From IMG/VR virus record IMGVR_UViG_3300046542_000074, positions 1 through 64,000 of that record: DNA of 64,000 nucleotides; one strand, 5' to 3'. Positions 1-9,900 of the stretch are shown in pieces; positions within the stretch are counted from its first letter, which is position 1; every line of letters starts with the position of its first letter. Both the position numbers and the translations under genes were made by a program. The notes under the pieces are model-generated. The model had not been told where the DNA came from. It was given only the letters and a program-made list of their open reading frames with translations, and did not search any database. The stretch is from a virus.

Positions 1-73
1 ATTACGACTATACTTGGGATAAAGATAGTTTTGAACAGTTTGTGGGTACTGTCACTCTTACAGGGAGTTTGTA

Positions 74-385
74 ATGGATCAGAATATTTGGGAATTGTTT
101 ATAGATGATCCAGCACACTGTGCAGTTATGCAAATCAAGTCGAAGTTGTTTATGGTGGTCATCCAGCAAATCCGAGAGAGCAATATGAAACAAGTTGATG
201 CAGCTAAGTTGCTTGGTGTAAGCACCCGACGGATTAGTAACCTGATGAAAGGCTCTCTGGATAAATTCTCCATTGACACACTTGTGGGTATGACTTCGAA
301 GGTTGGCTATAAGGTAGGAACTACATTTGCTGTAGAATACGAGGGACAACCACTTTCCATCATTTTGTACAAAGAAGGTAACTAA
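74..385 (+). CDS. XRE-family helix-turn-helix protein
   Basis: KQVDAAKLLGVSTRRISNLMKGSLDKFSIDTL is a typical XRE/HigA-like HTH; GGGAG SD upstream. Confidence 0.8.
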   Translation: MDQNIWELFIDDPAHCAVMQIKSKLFMVVIQQIRESNMKQVDAAKLLGVSTRRISNLMKGSLDKFSIDTLVGMTSKVGYKVGTTFAVEYEGQPLSIILYKEGN

Positions 386-386
386 C

Positions 387-794
387 ATGCACAATCCAGC
401 ATTGGCAGCACAACGTGGTATTAGCGCGGAGGATACTGCACAAATTGATGCGCTCCATGACTCAATGAGCCGTTTGATTGAACTATATACACCAGACTGT
501 GGGTATGAGTCTACCAGCGCTATCATCAGGAAGGGGAACAAGGCTCTCTCTGATTTGTGGGGCCTTGAGTATGACGAACGCTATAATGTTTGGAACAAGA
601 AGCTGGATAAGAAGCACTTTGAGTGTACTTGGTCTGGTAGAATCTACAAGTGCATGGACACTGGTGAGACTGTAACCATCGGGGAAGACTTGTTCGAACG
701 TCAACTTGTCCCAATCGGCAAAGGGGCTATTGACTTGGGTGTGTGCAACGGTTATAGTCGTGTCATCGGAAACATTGTGGAGGTGGTATTTTGA
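387..794 (+). CDS. hypothetical phage protein
   Basis: 135-aa ORF, coupled to neighbours. Confidence 0.75.
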   Translation: MHNPALAAQRGISAEDTAQIDALHDSMSRLIELYTPDCGYESTSAIIRKGNKALSDLWGLEYDERYNVWNKKLDKKHFECTWSGRIYKCMDTGETVTIGEDLFERQLVPIGKGAIDLGVCNGYSRVIGNIVEVVF

Positions 795-1216
795 GCACTG
801 AACGTGATGAAGGACTGACTAAGTTGTTGATGGACAAGCTCACAGATTTCAAGTCTGAAATTAATGATCTTGTTGAAAGCGCAGTAGGTCGAGCTTATAC
901 TGATGTTCTCCCTTATGTGCTTAACGACACTGAGCAGAACATTGCTGGTATTGTAAGTGTCTGCCTTGAAAAGATTATTCGTGGAGACTTCAAATCTGAG
1001 GTATCCGGCGAGTATGAAATGCACACCTTGTCGGTTGTGGATCAGAACGATGTGACTCATAATGTTTGGACTGGTTCAAGTAATATTTACAACAACCTTG
1101 TTCAAGCGGTGTTTGACAAGAACCGTGAAGCAATTGTCGATACTCGTGTTAAACAACTTGAGGCTGAGATTGAGATGTTGAAGTCTCGCTTGAGTGATGC
1201 TTATCGGAGGTACTAA
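791..1216 (+). CDS. hypothetical phage protein
   Basis: TTG start overlapping upstream stop, GGAGG SD. Confidence 0.75.
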   Translation: MSTERDEGLTKLLMDKLTDFKSEINDLVESAVGRAYTDVLPYVLNDTEQNIAGIVSVCLEKIIRGDFKSEVSGEYEMHTLSVVDQNDVTHNVWTGSSNIYNNLVQAVFDKNREAIVDTRVKQLEAEIEMLKSRLSDAYRRY

Positions 1217-1358
1217 TGAACGGCACTAAGTGGGACTTCCTTTGGCTGTCCTTCAGGCGAATTGGTTATGTTGAAACAATGGAACTTTTTGGCTTTACAG
1301 TGTATCGAAGGTGCGGTAACATTGTCGAAGTCTTTGGATACTCGTGGAGAGTGAAACA

Positions 1359-1646
1359 ATGAACACAAGTAACATACAACTAGTGGACTCTGTAATTGAG
1401 AGTCTTAGAGTAACCTTCGGGGATATCATGGGTTATGACCATAACAATTGGTATTGGTCGGATTACTCACTTGAGCTAGCTTTGCTCCAGACGATTCCGC
1501 ACAACCTGTATGACCACATTCAAGAGAGAATCAACAAGTTCACGTATAAACAAGATGGTGGTAAGGACGCTTGCATTGATTTCGCTAGCACTTTGAATGA
1601 ACTTGGCACTGAGCGAACTGGATTGAAATTGTTTGTCTTCAAGTGA
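1359..1646 (+). CDS. hypothetical protein
   Basis: ATG at 1359 after GGAGAG. Confidence 0.65.
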   Translation: MNTSNIQLVDSVIESLRVTFGDIMGYDHNNWYWSDYSLELALLQTIPHNLYDHIQERINKFTYKQDGGKDACIDFASTLNELGTERTGLKLFVFK

Positions 1647-1674
1647 TTGACACAAGTAACAAAGGCTGTAGAAT
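1647..1674 (+). promoter_or_regulatory. sigma70-type early promoter
   Basis: TTGACA-16 bp-TAGAAT, same class as the promoters in 5570-15400. Confidence 0.75.
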
Positions 1675-1729
1675 ACGCAACACAAACCAAACACACTAAC
1701 ACAAGACTAATACAAGCTAAGGAAATACA

Positions 1730-1939
1730 ATGTACGCAGTAAAAGCATCCGGTAAGAAAGACTACATCTACGAACAAGAGATCAAAGCTTTCCGCAAAGG
1801 TCAGAAAGATAAACGTGATGACCGTAAAGGTAGCCGGACAATGAAGCGTGATCATGGTGGTGAAAGTAGTAACCAGCTTAAGGTCGGTGAAGTGAGTGCG
1901 AACTACGACCAATTCGATAATAATTCTTGGGAGGAATAA
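1730..1939 (+). CDS. small charged hypothetical protein
   Basis: AAGGA SD, follows promoter. Confidence 0.65.
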   Translation: MYAVKASGKKDYIYEQEIKAFRKGQKDKRDDRKGSRTMKRDHGGESSNQLKVGEVSANYDQFDNNSWEE

Positions 1940-1943
1940 GACA

Positions 1944-2189
1944 ATGGCTACTTTGGACATTCGTGAATTCAACGGTGATGCTGTAATTCATCAGATCATC
2001 TTCAATGAACCAGAGGATAAAGAAGGTGATGTGCAAGCTTATAAACTTACTTGTGGTGTGTACCAAGGAGACAAGTTTGTCAGTATCTATGATGGTGGTG
2101 ATGATTTCTTGAACATCAACTCAGAACAAGAAGCACTTGATTTGATCAAGGCACTGAATAAGGCAATTGAACTTCGGTGGGTTGACTAA
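1944..2189 (+). CDS. hypothetical protein
   Basis: GGAGG SD, ATG at 1944. Confidence 0.7.
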   Translation: MATLDIREFNGDAVIHQIIFNEPEDKEGDVQAYKLTCGVYQGDKFVSIYDGGDDFLNINSEQEALDLIKALNKAIELRWVD

Positions 2190-3037
2190 TGGACTTTGAA
2201 TTCAACGAAGGGTTGTATTACACAACTGATGACAACCCCAACCTTCGGGTTGGTGTACGTGAGTGGAAATTTCCAGATGGCTCAGTTGGTGTAGATATCA
2301 ATACCGGAAGTCAGGAAGTGTATTTCGGTATAAAGGAAGTGAAATTGTATGCACGAGGCTCTTTTGACCTGAGTGATAAGATTCTTGCAATCTTGTTCGC
2401 CACTGATGCACTGCGCCGACACTATCCATTTGCAAAGATTCATCTTGGTCTTCCTTACATTCCGTATGCCCGTCAAGATCGTGTGTGTAATGCAGGAGAA
2501 TCCTTACAGGTTAAAGTGTTGTGTGACCTGATTAACCAACAGAACTATGAGTCTGTACTGGTAGTTGATCCACACAGTTATGTTGCTAGTGCATTGCTTG
2601 ACCGTGTTGTGGTGATGGATCAATACGAAGTGTTTAAGAACCTTAAGAAAGACTGGTTCAATTGGACAATCGTTGCACCAGACCAAGGCGCAGTTAAGAA
2701 GTGTGAAGACTTCGCCAAGCGTGTAGGTGCTAAGGCTGTAGTTGGTTTCAGTAAGAGTCGTGAACTCAGCACTGGCAAGATTACGGGAATGAAGCCTCTG
2801 TTTGATATCAATCCAGATGAGAGTTACTTGGTCTTGGACGATATTTGTGATGGTGGTAGGACGTTCACAGAGTTGGTTGATTTCATGTCTCATTGTGGTG
2901 TGCTGGAGTTGGCTGTAACACACGGTATTTTCTCAAAGGGTGCAGAAGTTGTTACCCGACGATTTGACCGCGTTCACACCACTGACTCTTTCCAGTCTCA
3001 CAAAGACGGTGTAAATGTTCTTAAGGTACTACCATAA
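2189..3037 (+). CDS. Prs (ribose-phosphate pyrophosphokinase)-like protein; probable NARP1 ADPR-PP synthetase (Adps)
   Basis: Motifs FPDG, PYIPYARQDR, VDPHS, APDQGA, LDDICDGGRTF, THGIFS; adjacent to a Nampt-like gene. Confidence 0.9.
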   Translation: MDFEFNEGLYYTTDDNPNLRVGVREWKFPDGSVGVDINTGSQEVYFGIKEVKLYARGSFDLSDKILAILFATDALRRHYPFAKIHLGLPYIPYARQDRVCNAGESLQVKVLCDLINQQNYESVLVVDPHSYVASALLDRVVVMDQYEVFKNLKKDWFNWTIVAPDQGAVKKCEDFAKRVGAKAVVGFSKSRELSTGKITGMKPLFDINPDESYLVLDDICDGGRTFTELVDFMSHCGVLELAVTHGIFSKGAEVVTRRFDRVHTTDSFQSHKDGVNVLKVLP

Positions 3038-3169
3038 ATGGCTGCCATGACCCCAACAACAATTACTCTGTTAGTGGTAGGTGGACTAGTTGTACTCTAC
3101 TTACTTATTCGATATGCACCAGCCATCCTTCGTGGTGTGGCTGATGTAATTGGCGATATTGTAGACTGA
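3038..3169 (+). CDS. 43-aa single-pass membrane peptide (not in ORF track)
   Basis: MAAMTPTTITLLVVGGLVVLYLLIRYAPAILRGVADVIGDIVD; starts at the base after the upstream stop and fills the gap. Confidence 0.6.
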   Translation: MAAMTPTTITLLVVGGLVVLYLLIRYAPAILRGVADVIGDIVD

Positions 3170-3191
3170 ATACATAATTTAGGAGAAACAA

Positions 3192-4916
3192 ATGAAGCAA
3201 TTTGCACCACACGTAGTTGATATCTATAAAGTGAAACATCCTGACATGTACACCGAGGGAACTGATTTCCTCTACAGTAACTTTACCCCTCGCTCTGATA
3301 AGTACTTCAAAGGTGGTCGTTTGTATGACGGTAAGTTGGTTGTATTTGGTGCTCAAGGTGCCTTACGGGAACTGGTAGAACTGTGGACAGAATCGTTCTT
3401 CAACCAACCTAAGTCAAAGGTTGTTGCACGATATAAGCGTCGTATGGACAAGGCTTTGGGTGTGGGTGCGGTAAGCCCTGATCGAATTGCTGCACTGCAC
3501 GACATTGGTTATCTGCCACTTGAGATCCGCACTATCGATGAGGGTAGTCGTATTGGGATGAAAATTCCGATGCTAACTATTAAGAACACTATTCCTGAGT
3601 TCTTTTGGTTGGTGAACTACCTTGAAACTGCACTAAGCGCACTCATCTGGAAAGGAAGTACTAACGCTACTATTGCTTACGAATACAAGCGTCTGTGTAC
3701 TGATTATGCTGTGCGTACAGGCTCTGCAATTGAAACTGTGATGTTCCAATGCCATGACTTCAGTATGCGTGGTATGCCGGGGATTGAGGACAGTGCTCGT
3801 TCTGGTTCAGGCCACCTGACCAGCTCGTATGGTACAGACACCATTGGTGCAATTGATTACATTGAGGACTACTACGATGTAGGTCTTGATCTGGATACTT
3901 ACTTCATTGCTGGTAGTGTTGCCGCAACAGAGCACGCTGTTAGTAGTAGTAACATCTTGACTAGGGCTAAGCTTATTCAAGAGCGGCACCCTAGTATGTC
4001 GAAAGACGAAGTGTTGTTGCGTGCTGAGATTGGTTTCATGTTCCACTACATTACTCAGACTGTACCAACAGGGATTGCATCTTATGTTGCTGACACTTAC
4101 AACTACTGGGGAGTGTTGACTAAAGTTCTACCAGTGTTGAAAGATGAAATCATGGCGCGCGCCGGTAAATTGGTTATCCGACCTGACTCTGGTGATCCAG
4201 TACAAATTATTTGTGGTATGAGTCCGGTGCGTGGTGAGGACGGTAAAGCAATCAACTTCGAAAGTGAAGACGCTGCTTACGACTGGCTGGATGTTGGTGA
4301 TCGTGTCCGGGAACAACTTAACTCAGATTGCATCAAGATCGGTGGTGTGTTCTATGACTACAGCTCTACTGTCTACGACGATTACACTGAAGGCTGTGGT
4401 ATTGACATGGACGTGGTGTACCCATACGAGGTTGTTGCTGGTTCTATTCGCACTTTGTGGAGCATCTTTGGTGGTACTGTTAACACTAAAGGTTTCAAAG
4501 AACTGGATAGCCACATTGGTTTGATTTACGGTGACAGCATTACACTTGAGCGTGCTGATACTATTCTCAAACGGTTGGAAGAGGCAGGGTTTGCATCGAG
4601 TAACGTAGTGTTCGGCGTGGGTAGTTATACTTACCAAATGAGTTCACGCGATACCTTTGGTAATGCGGTTAAAGCTACAGCTACAAGTGTTAATGGTGAA
4701 TTCTTTGAAATCTATAAAGACCCGGCAACTGGTGACAAGTTGAAGAAAAGTGCTAAAGGTTTGCTGTATGTTGGCCGAGATGAAAACGGTGAATTCTATT
4801 CGGAAGACCAAGTGTCTAAAGAGAAAGAACAAACTGGGGAACTGAAGGTTCGATTTAAAGATGGTCAGTGGAGTAACCTAACCAACATCGAAGTAATTCG
4901 CCAGCGACTGAAGTGA
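3192..4916 (+). CDS. Nicotinamide phosphoribosyltransferase-like protein; probable NARP1 Namat
   Basis: Motifs DIYKVKH, HDFSMRG, ATEH, DTYN, IRPDSGDP, YGDSIT, FGVGSY, KKSAKG. Confidence 0.92.
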   Translation: MKQFAPHVVDIYKVKHPDMYTEGTDFLYSNFTPRSDKYFKGGRLYDGKLVVFGAQGALRELVELWTESFFNQPKSKVVARYKRRMDKALGVGAVSPDRIAALHDIGYLPLEIRTIDEGSRIGMKIPMLTIKNTIPEFFWLVNYLETALSALIWKGSTNATIAYEYKRLCTDYAVRTGSAIETVMFQCHDFSMRGMPGIEDSARSGSGHLTSSYGTDTIGAIDYIEDYYDVGLDLDTYFIAGSVAATEHAVSSSNILTRAKLIQERHPSMSKDEVLLRAEIGFMFHYITQTVPTGIASYVADTYNYWGVLTKVLPVLKDEIMARAGKLVIRPDSGDPVQIICGMSPVRGEDGKAINFESEDAAYDWLDVGDRVREQLNSDCIKIGGVFYDYSSTVYDDYTEGCGIDMDVVYPYEVVAGSIRTLWSIFGGTVNTKGFKELDSHIGLIYGDSITLERADTILKRLEEAGFASSNVVFGVGSYTYQMSSRDTFGNAVKATATSVNGEFFEIYKDPATGDKLKKSAKGLLYVGRDENGEFYSEDQVSKEKEQTGELKVRFKDGQWSNLTNIEVIRQRLK

Positions 4917-4941
4917 TTTAAGTAAGATAGCAGAAACAACT

Positions 4942-4969
4942 AAGCCCTCTTAATTGAGGGCTTTCTTTT
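4942..4969 (+). terminator. intrinsic terminator
   Basis: aagccctc-ttaatt-gagggctt followed by a T-tract. Confidence 0.85.
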
Positions 4970-5115
4970 GTCCAGAATTTATACTACTAGACATTTTCAG
5001 ATTTCATCATTTTGGATTTCATCTGAATTTTTCTCCCGTCATGACCATATACCCCTTTTCACTATACGCCTGTTTCCATTTTCAGGAAAACCGATCTGGT
5101 TAAAAATTGACCACC

Positions 5116-5213
5116 AATAGGCTGACGCTATCGGAACTGGTTGGTTCATAGAAAATCCCTATGTTATTAGGTACAAACTATCAGAACCATTTAGTCCATA
5201 GATTTTCTCAATG
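5116..5213. repeat. array of four 17-bp NATAG-N7-CTATN-type sites (two pairs, 50-bp repeat)
   Basis: aatag gctgacg ctatc; catag aaaatcc ctatg; attag gtacaaa ctatc; catag attttct caatg. Confidence 0.75.
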
Positions 5214-5423
5214 CTGGCAAGGCTAATTGAAAGCCTTCGCCCACTCTCCCGCCGACCCCTGTGGGCTGGCAATGACGTAATCCTACTGTAAAGCTTAGCA
5301 GACCGTCAACACTTATTTGAAAATAAATTTACAAGCAAGTTGTGTGCCAACTCCAAACGTCGCCCACCCTCCCGTCTTGTACTCCAGTGTCTGCGCTTTC
5401 GCGTTTCGTTCCTGCTATGTGTA

Positions 5424-5451
5424 ATTATAGTAAAGCCACAAACCAATACAA
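5424..5451 (-). promoter_or_regulatory. leftward early-type promoter with no downstream ORF
   Basis: Minus strand AAAATAATGC-TTGTAT-16-TATAAT. Confidence 0.55.
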
Positions 5452-5638
5452 GCATTATTTTCATATTTCTTTTCATCTAATTTGCTTGACAGATAGGCGA
5501 ACGCTGTGCTATTCGCGCACCCGGTTCATCTATATAAGGCACAAAACGATTGACGAAAATAATCTAAAATGAATGTTGACAGGCTAGCGCAATGCTGTAG
5601 ACTTACCCATATCGAAAGCAAACAACGGAATCACAGAC

Positions 5639-5824
5639 ATGAAAACCCTGACTTTGACAGACGCTCAACACGCTTTGATTGTTTCCATTTTGCAGGGTGA
5701 CATTCTGGAAACCGAACAAATGATTCACGACCATGATGCTGGTGTGTCAATGGTTTCAAAAGAAGAACTGCAAGAGTATCTTGCACAAGTTTACCAGATT
5801 CTCAAACTAGCAGATGAGGCTTGA
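5639..5824 (+). CDS. early hypothetical protein
   Basis: First gene after promoter 5576. Confidence 0.7.
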   Translation: MKTLTLTDAQHALIVSILQGDILETEQMIHDHDAGVSMVSKEELQEYLAQVYQILKLADEA

Positions 5825-5827
5825 ATC

Positions 5828-6157
5828 ATGGCAGTCTATTACGAATGGGATGTTGAAGAAGTAGCAGACGCAGACCAGACTAGTTGTGGTCAAAAGTTTG
5901 CAAAAGATGATATCATAGAACACTGGCACCAAAAATCATTCAAGGATTGTCTAGCATTCATTGCAGCTAATCCGCCAGCGGAAAACGTCCGTTATGACAT
6001 TGTTCTAGTCCGTGACGACGACGACAGGCGAGCATGGGCACACTCGGACGATGAAAACAAATTTGTCCTTCCTGCAATGTTCTGTGACGCAGAAGGTGTG
6101 GAATATAAGAAGGTTCCTCAAGTGTTCTTTAAAGAAGTTGAAAGAGCATTGAAATAA
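5828..6157 (+). CDS. early hypothetical protein
   Basis: GAGG SD; stop abuts the next promoter. Confidence 0.75.
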   Translation: MAVYYEWDVEEVADADQTSCGQKFAKDDIIEHWHQKSFKDCLAFIAANPPAENVRYDIVLVRDDDDRRAWAHSDDENKFVLPAMFCDAEGVEYKKVPQVFFKEVERALK

Positions 6158-6224
6158 AAGCTTGACGGCTCATTTTAATCCTGTAGAATGAGCCACACAA
6201 ACAACGAAACATAGGATTCTCTAA

Positions 6225-6581
6225 ATGAAAACTCTAGAACTTGCACACGCCGACACTTGCCTTTCTTGCTTCTGGTCTGGTCACCACTTGCCACACATTC
6301 AAATCCCTGTGTATAAAGGTATACACTTTTCAGTTGTTAAAGAGTTGTTACATGATGAATTGAATATGGGCGCTTTGATGGGCTCAAACGTTGGTGACGA
6401 TTGTTGGTCTAGTGGGGAAGAAGGTGACAAGTGGTACAAGAAGGCGCACGCCGCTATCAATCGCATTCAACCGGCGATAAAGGGTAAACGTCGAATGTTC
6501 GAAGACCTTGACAAAGTGTCTGAGGACGATGATAATTCGGAAACGGTTTACGCCTACTTTGTTTTCATTGATAAGGAATAA
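6225..6581 (+). CDS. early hypothetical protein
   Basis: Follows promoter 6162. Confidence 0.75.
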   Translation: MKTLELAHADTCLSCFWSGHHLPHIQIPVYKGIHFSVVKELLHDELNMGALMGSNVGDDCWSSGEEGDKWYKKAHAAINRIQPAIKGKRRMFEDLDKVSEDDDNSETVYAYFVFIDKE

Positions 6582-6585
6582 GAAC

Positions 6586-6735
6586 ATGTCTTTAGACCGT
6601 TTCGTTGAGTTGTATCTTGACTATCGCAATAACTTCCTAACTGTCGAAGCATTCGCAAGTTATTATGGGCTGTCGTTGTCTACAGCAACAAAGATTGTTG
6701 AGTGTGGTCGTACAATTAGCGCACTTGAAGAATAA
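6586..6735 (+). CDS. early small protein (YLDYRNNFLTVEAFASYYGLS, HTH-like)
   Basis: AAGGA SD, ATG at 6586. Confidence 0.7.
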   Translation: MSLDRFVELYLDYRNNFLTVEAFASYYGLSLSTATKIVECGRTISALEE

Positions 6736-6896
6736 AATAAATGTTGACAAGCCCATTCATTGCTGTAGAATGGGCCACACAAGAGAGGCAAAGGCTTGCA
6801 AGGCTAAATCAAAAGGTGGCATGTGACAGTGTAACCTAGCTGGCCTTTCGGGAATCGACGCCCGACTCTCTTACCCTAACTTTCGGAGTCTCACAA

Positions 6897-7187
6897 ATGC
6901 AAACTAATATGCAAGTCACTGAATTGAACAAACTCCCGGTCATCATCGACGGTGTTGGTATCTATATTCGCCGGGATGGTGGGCGAGTTAATATCACTGA
7001 AATTGTCCCCTACAAAGGCGAGCATGATCCTTTGACAGTGACGGCCTTTGAATGTAAAGGACAGCTTGAACGTTTGTTTCGTGGCATTCTGCGCTTTCGA
7101 GGGTTGGATAGTTGGCATGTCTCCGGGCGCAAGTTCCCGTTAAAGGAATCCTCTTTTGATATTGTGAGTAAAGAAGGCGACTCTTAA
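6897..7187 (+). CDS. early hypothetical protein
   Basis: GGAG SD. Confidence 0.7.
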   Translation: MQTNMQVTELNKLPVIIDGVGIYIRRDGGRVNITEIVPYKGEHDPLTVTAFECKGQLERLFRGILRFRGLDSWHVSGRKFPLKESSFDIVSKEGDS

Positions 7188-7489
7188 TGTGTCGTCTACA
7201 GAATCCCCATACACAAACGGTGCGTAGTGCCGTCTCAAACTGGCTTTATACAACACTCCACGACTGTTTCAGCCGTTCTATGCTTATACTTGAGCTAACC
7301 CCAAGGTTACAGGATTGCGCTGGTTTAGACCTGCCTAAATCAGTAGACAATGAGCTAATAAGGCGTTGCAAGATGGGCTTGCTTAGTTATACAATAGGCG
7401 AATCGAGGGGAGTAGGGGGCCAACCTCCTAGAATCTATCGGCAAAGGTTCAAAGCGGACGATTCAGAAAATACATTGAATACCGGTTGA
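7187..7489 (+). CDS. putative winged-helix protein, paralog of 10316-10576
   Basis: Shared VSxWL..LDLxK..NxLxRRxxxG..GxxPRxY pattern. Confidence 0.6.
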   Translation: MCRLQNPHTQTVRSAVSNWLYTTLHDCFSRSMLILELTPRLQDCAGLDLPKSVDNELIRRCKMGLLSYTIGESRGVGGQPPRIYRQRFKADDSENTLNTG

Positions 7490-7589
7490 CAGGCTACCCG
7501 ACACTGGCTACACTTTTAATCAATGACAGACGCAAGCGCTAAGGCTTTATAACGTAAAATTCTTAATTTCTCAATGAGGCTACAACATC

Positions 7590-7796
7590 ATGGCAATGAC
7601 TAAACGTGAATACAATGCACACAAAAAGGCGCTGATGAATACCGCCATGTGTATCACTGTCGAAAGCTTGCAAGCCAGTATCAAAGATGAGTTTGTGAAC
7701 CCTTCGCAACCATACCTAGTCTTTGACGCCATGATGAGCGCTTGCGAAAAGAAATTAGGCAAAAGAGAATTTCAAAAATGGCTTGCCACTCTCTGA
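7590..7796 (+). CDS. early hypothetical protein
   Basis: GAGG SD. Confidence 0.7.
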   Translation: MAMTKREYNAHKKALMNTAMCITVESLQASIKDEFVNPSQPYLVFDAMMSACEKKLGKREFQKWLATL

Positions 7797-8010
7797 AAAG
7801 TCTGTAGAATGGCGGACATAGGGAAGCGCGAAGCTTCCCATAGTTTGGAAGGAAAGCCTAAATGACACTTTATCTAGTTGTTGACCGTCAAACTGGCTTG
7901 CAAGTTGGCAAGCCTTATACCAGTAAATCCCGCGCCCGTAATCGTGTTGATAAGCTGGATAACGAATACGGCGCCTATCGTTACACTGTCCGTTCCCTTG
8001 AGGTGTCGCA

Positions 8011-8274
8011 ATGATCTCCTACACTTCACTGATGCACCCGACCATGATTGCCAAGATCCGGCAAGGTATTAAGTATGCCGCACTAGGTCAAGGGCATATG
8101 ATGAATGGGCATGATTCTCGTGTGTATATTCAAGACAGGCACGGGCGTAATATCATGCGCATTAATTGGTTGAAAGTGCCTGATGCCAATGGTAATAAAA
8201 TTATTGTGTACGGTGATAATTCGCGTATAATCACAGCTACTGTTATCAAGGCACTACAGGAATCGAACCAATGA
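8011..8274 (+). CDS. early hypothetical protein
   Basis: GAGGT SD. Confidence 0.7.
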   Translation: MISYTSLMHPTMIAKIRQGIKYAALGQGHMMNGHDSRVYIQDRHGRNIMRINWLKVPDANGNKIIVYGDNSRIITATVIKALQESNQ

Positions 8275-8546
8275 GCTGGAATCAAGCCTACTGCAAAGCT
8301 ATAGAGCACGCCAAAAGTGGCCAGCCTTGCAAGTTGTACCGCGAGGGTGGTTTGTGGATTGTCGAGCCAAATAAGTTAAAATAAAGTTTGACAGGCTACC
8401 AAACTAAGCCTAGAATTACCACAACAAGGCAAGGTGCCTGAATAACAAAAGGAGTGGCTACAATGAATATGTCCGACCTGCTATCAGTTTGCTTCGCGGC
8501 ATTCATTGTCGCCGGTATGCTCTCAATTTATCTGGATGATTGACAA

Positions 8547-8858
8547 ATGAAAGCTTCACAAATTCTTGAAATTGCCTTGAACACTAGATATAGTCCTGAT
8601 GAGTATATGTGCCACTGTATTACGGAGGTATGCGAAGACCTTAAAGGTAATGACGCAGCAGGACTATTTCTTGTTGACAAGATCGAAAAGATCCTAGACA
8701 CTGCTAACACAATCGTTTTGTGTAACTACCTAAAGCGCACTAGTAAGAAATACGCGGCCTTTGAAAAGCGTTGGGGCCATGATTCGAAAGCCTGCTATGA
8801 TATGCGTGTCGCATTCTGGCAGGATATGATCAACGAATTGAAGGTGTCTGGTCTGTAA
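8547..8858 (+). CDS. early hypothetical protein
   Basis: 103-aa ORF ending before promoter 8886. Confidence 0.7.
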   Translation: MKASQILEIALNTRYSPDEYMCHCITEVCEDLKGNDAAGLFLVDKIEKILDTANTIVLCNYLKRTSKKYAAFEKRWGHDSKACYDMRVAFWQDMINELKVSGL

Positions 8859-8958
8859 CGGTGTTAAAATAAACTAAAATAAAGCTTGACCACACCGACC
8901 AACACTGTAGAATGATCACATCGAAAGGCAGAAAGCCTTCACCAACGGAGATAAGAAC

Positions 8959-9255
8959 ATGGCTCGCAAAATTACAGAAGAAGCAATTCACGCTTTCATG
9001 GTTTATGTTAAACCTTTTCACAAAAGCAATATGAGTGTAATGATCGAAAAAGATGTTGTGATCTTACGCCTTCACGGTCATCAGATTGCACGTCGTGAAG
9101 TTGGTAGTAACACCATTGAAGTTACAAATGCTGGTTACTTCACCAACACCACTAAAGAACGTTTGAATGGTCTGCCCGGTGTGTCGATTCAACAGAAAAA
9201 GGGTGTTTGGTTCCTGAATGGTGTTGAGTGGTCTGGTGAATGGACTAAAGTTTAA
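8959..9255 (+). CDS. early phage protein (TTKERLNGL motif)
   Basis: Own promoter, GGAG SD. Confidence 0.75.
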   Translation: MARKITEEAIHAFMVYVKPFHKSNMSVMIEKDVVILRLHGHQIARREVGSNTIEVTNAGYFTNTTKERLNGLPGVSIQQKKGVWFLNGVEWSGEWTKV

Positions 9256-9564
9256 CTAAAATAAAAGCTTGACGCCTTTTCTAGAAAGTGTAGAATAGGC
9301 GTTACAAACAACGAACAAGGTGACACAACAATGAATCTGATTCCTTATTGCTTTAACTACAAAGGTCACACCATTTATGAAGATGGGCGCGTTTATCGTA
9401 ATTATGAGTTGATTGGTACATATAAAACCGTTGCAGCGGCAAAGGCAGCGGCAACAAGAAATGCTAAAAAGATTTACAATTAAGACTTGACCGATAAACT
9501 AATTGCTGTAGAATAAACCACACAAGAGGCGAACAAGCCTCACAAACCAAAGGAAATAAAGATC

Positions 9565-9900
9565 ATGACTTACAAGACCCGCGAAGAAGCTTTCTGTGTT
9601 GACAATGTAACAACCTTTCAAGGTTATGACGTTCATAATGGTGAAGTGACACTATCTGAGGATGAGTACAAAGAAATTCTAAACGAAATGTATGGCGAAG
9701 TGACAGTGTGTGGTCAAACCTTCCAACAAGGTGATTTGCTAGAAGACGCTGACCCGACAGCTTTCCGGTGTGGAAAGAATGATTATGAAAGCGCGTTGCA
9801 AACTGAACTCGAAACTCAATTAGACCGTGAGGATGATTCGCAAATCGAGTTTGAAATTGACCCGGACGACATTGAAGAAGACGAGAGCGACGACGAATAA
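9565..9900 (+). CDS. highly acidic early protein (candidate DNA mimic)
   Basis: About 35 D/E vs 6 K/R in 111 aa; own promoter. Confidence 0.75.
   Translation: MTYKTREEAFCVDNVTTFQGYDVHNGEVTLSEDEYKEILNEMYGEVTVCGQTFQQGDLLEDADPTAFRCGKNDYESALQTELETQLDREDDSQIEFEIDPDDIEEDESDDE

Noticed and set aside
4230-4430. Intein or intron in the Nampt-like gene
   Set aside because: Insertion is short, in frame and lacks intein or splice motifs
5361-5374. KOPS or Chi site
   Set aside because: Does not match GGGNAGGG or GCTGGTGG
5350-5420. RsmY/RsmZ-like sRNA on the minus strand
   Set aside because: Only four GGA, none in ANGGA hairpin-loop context
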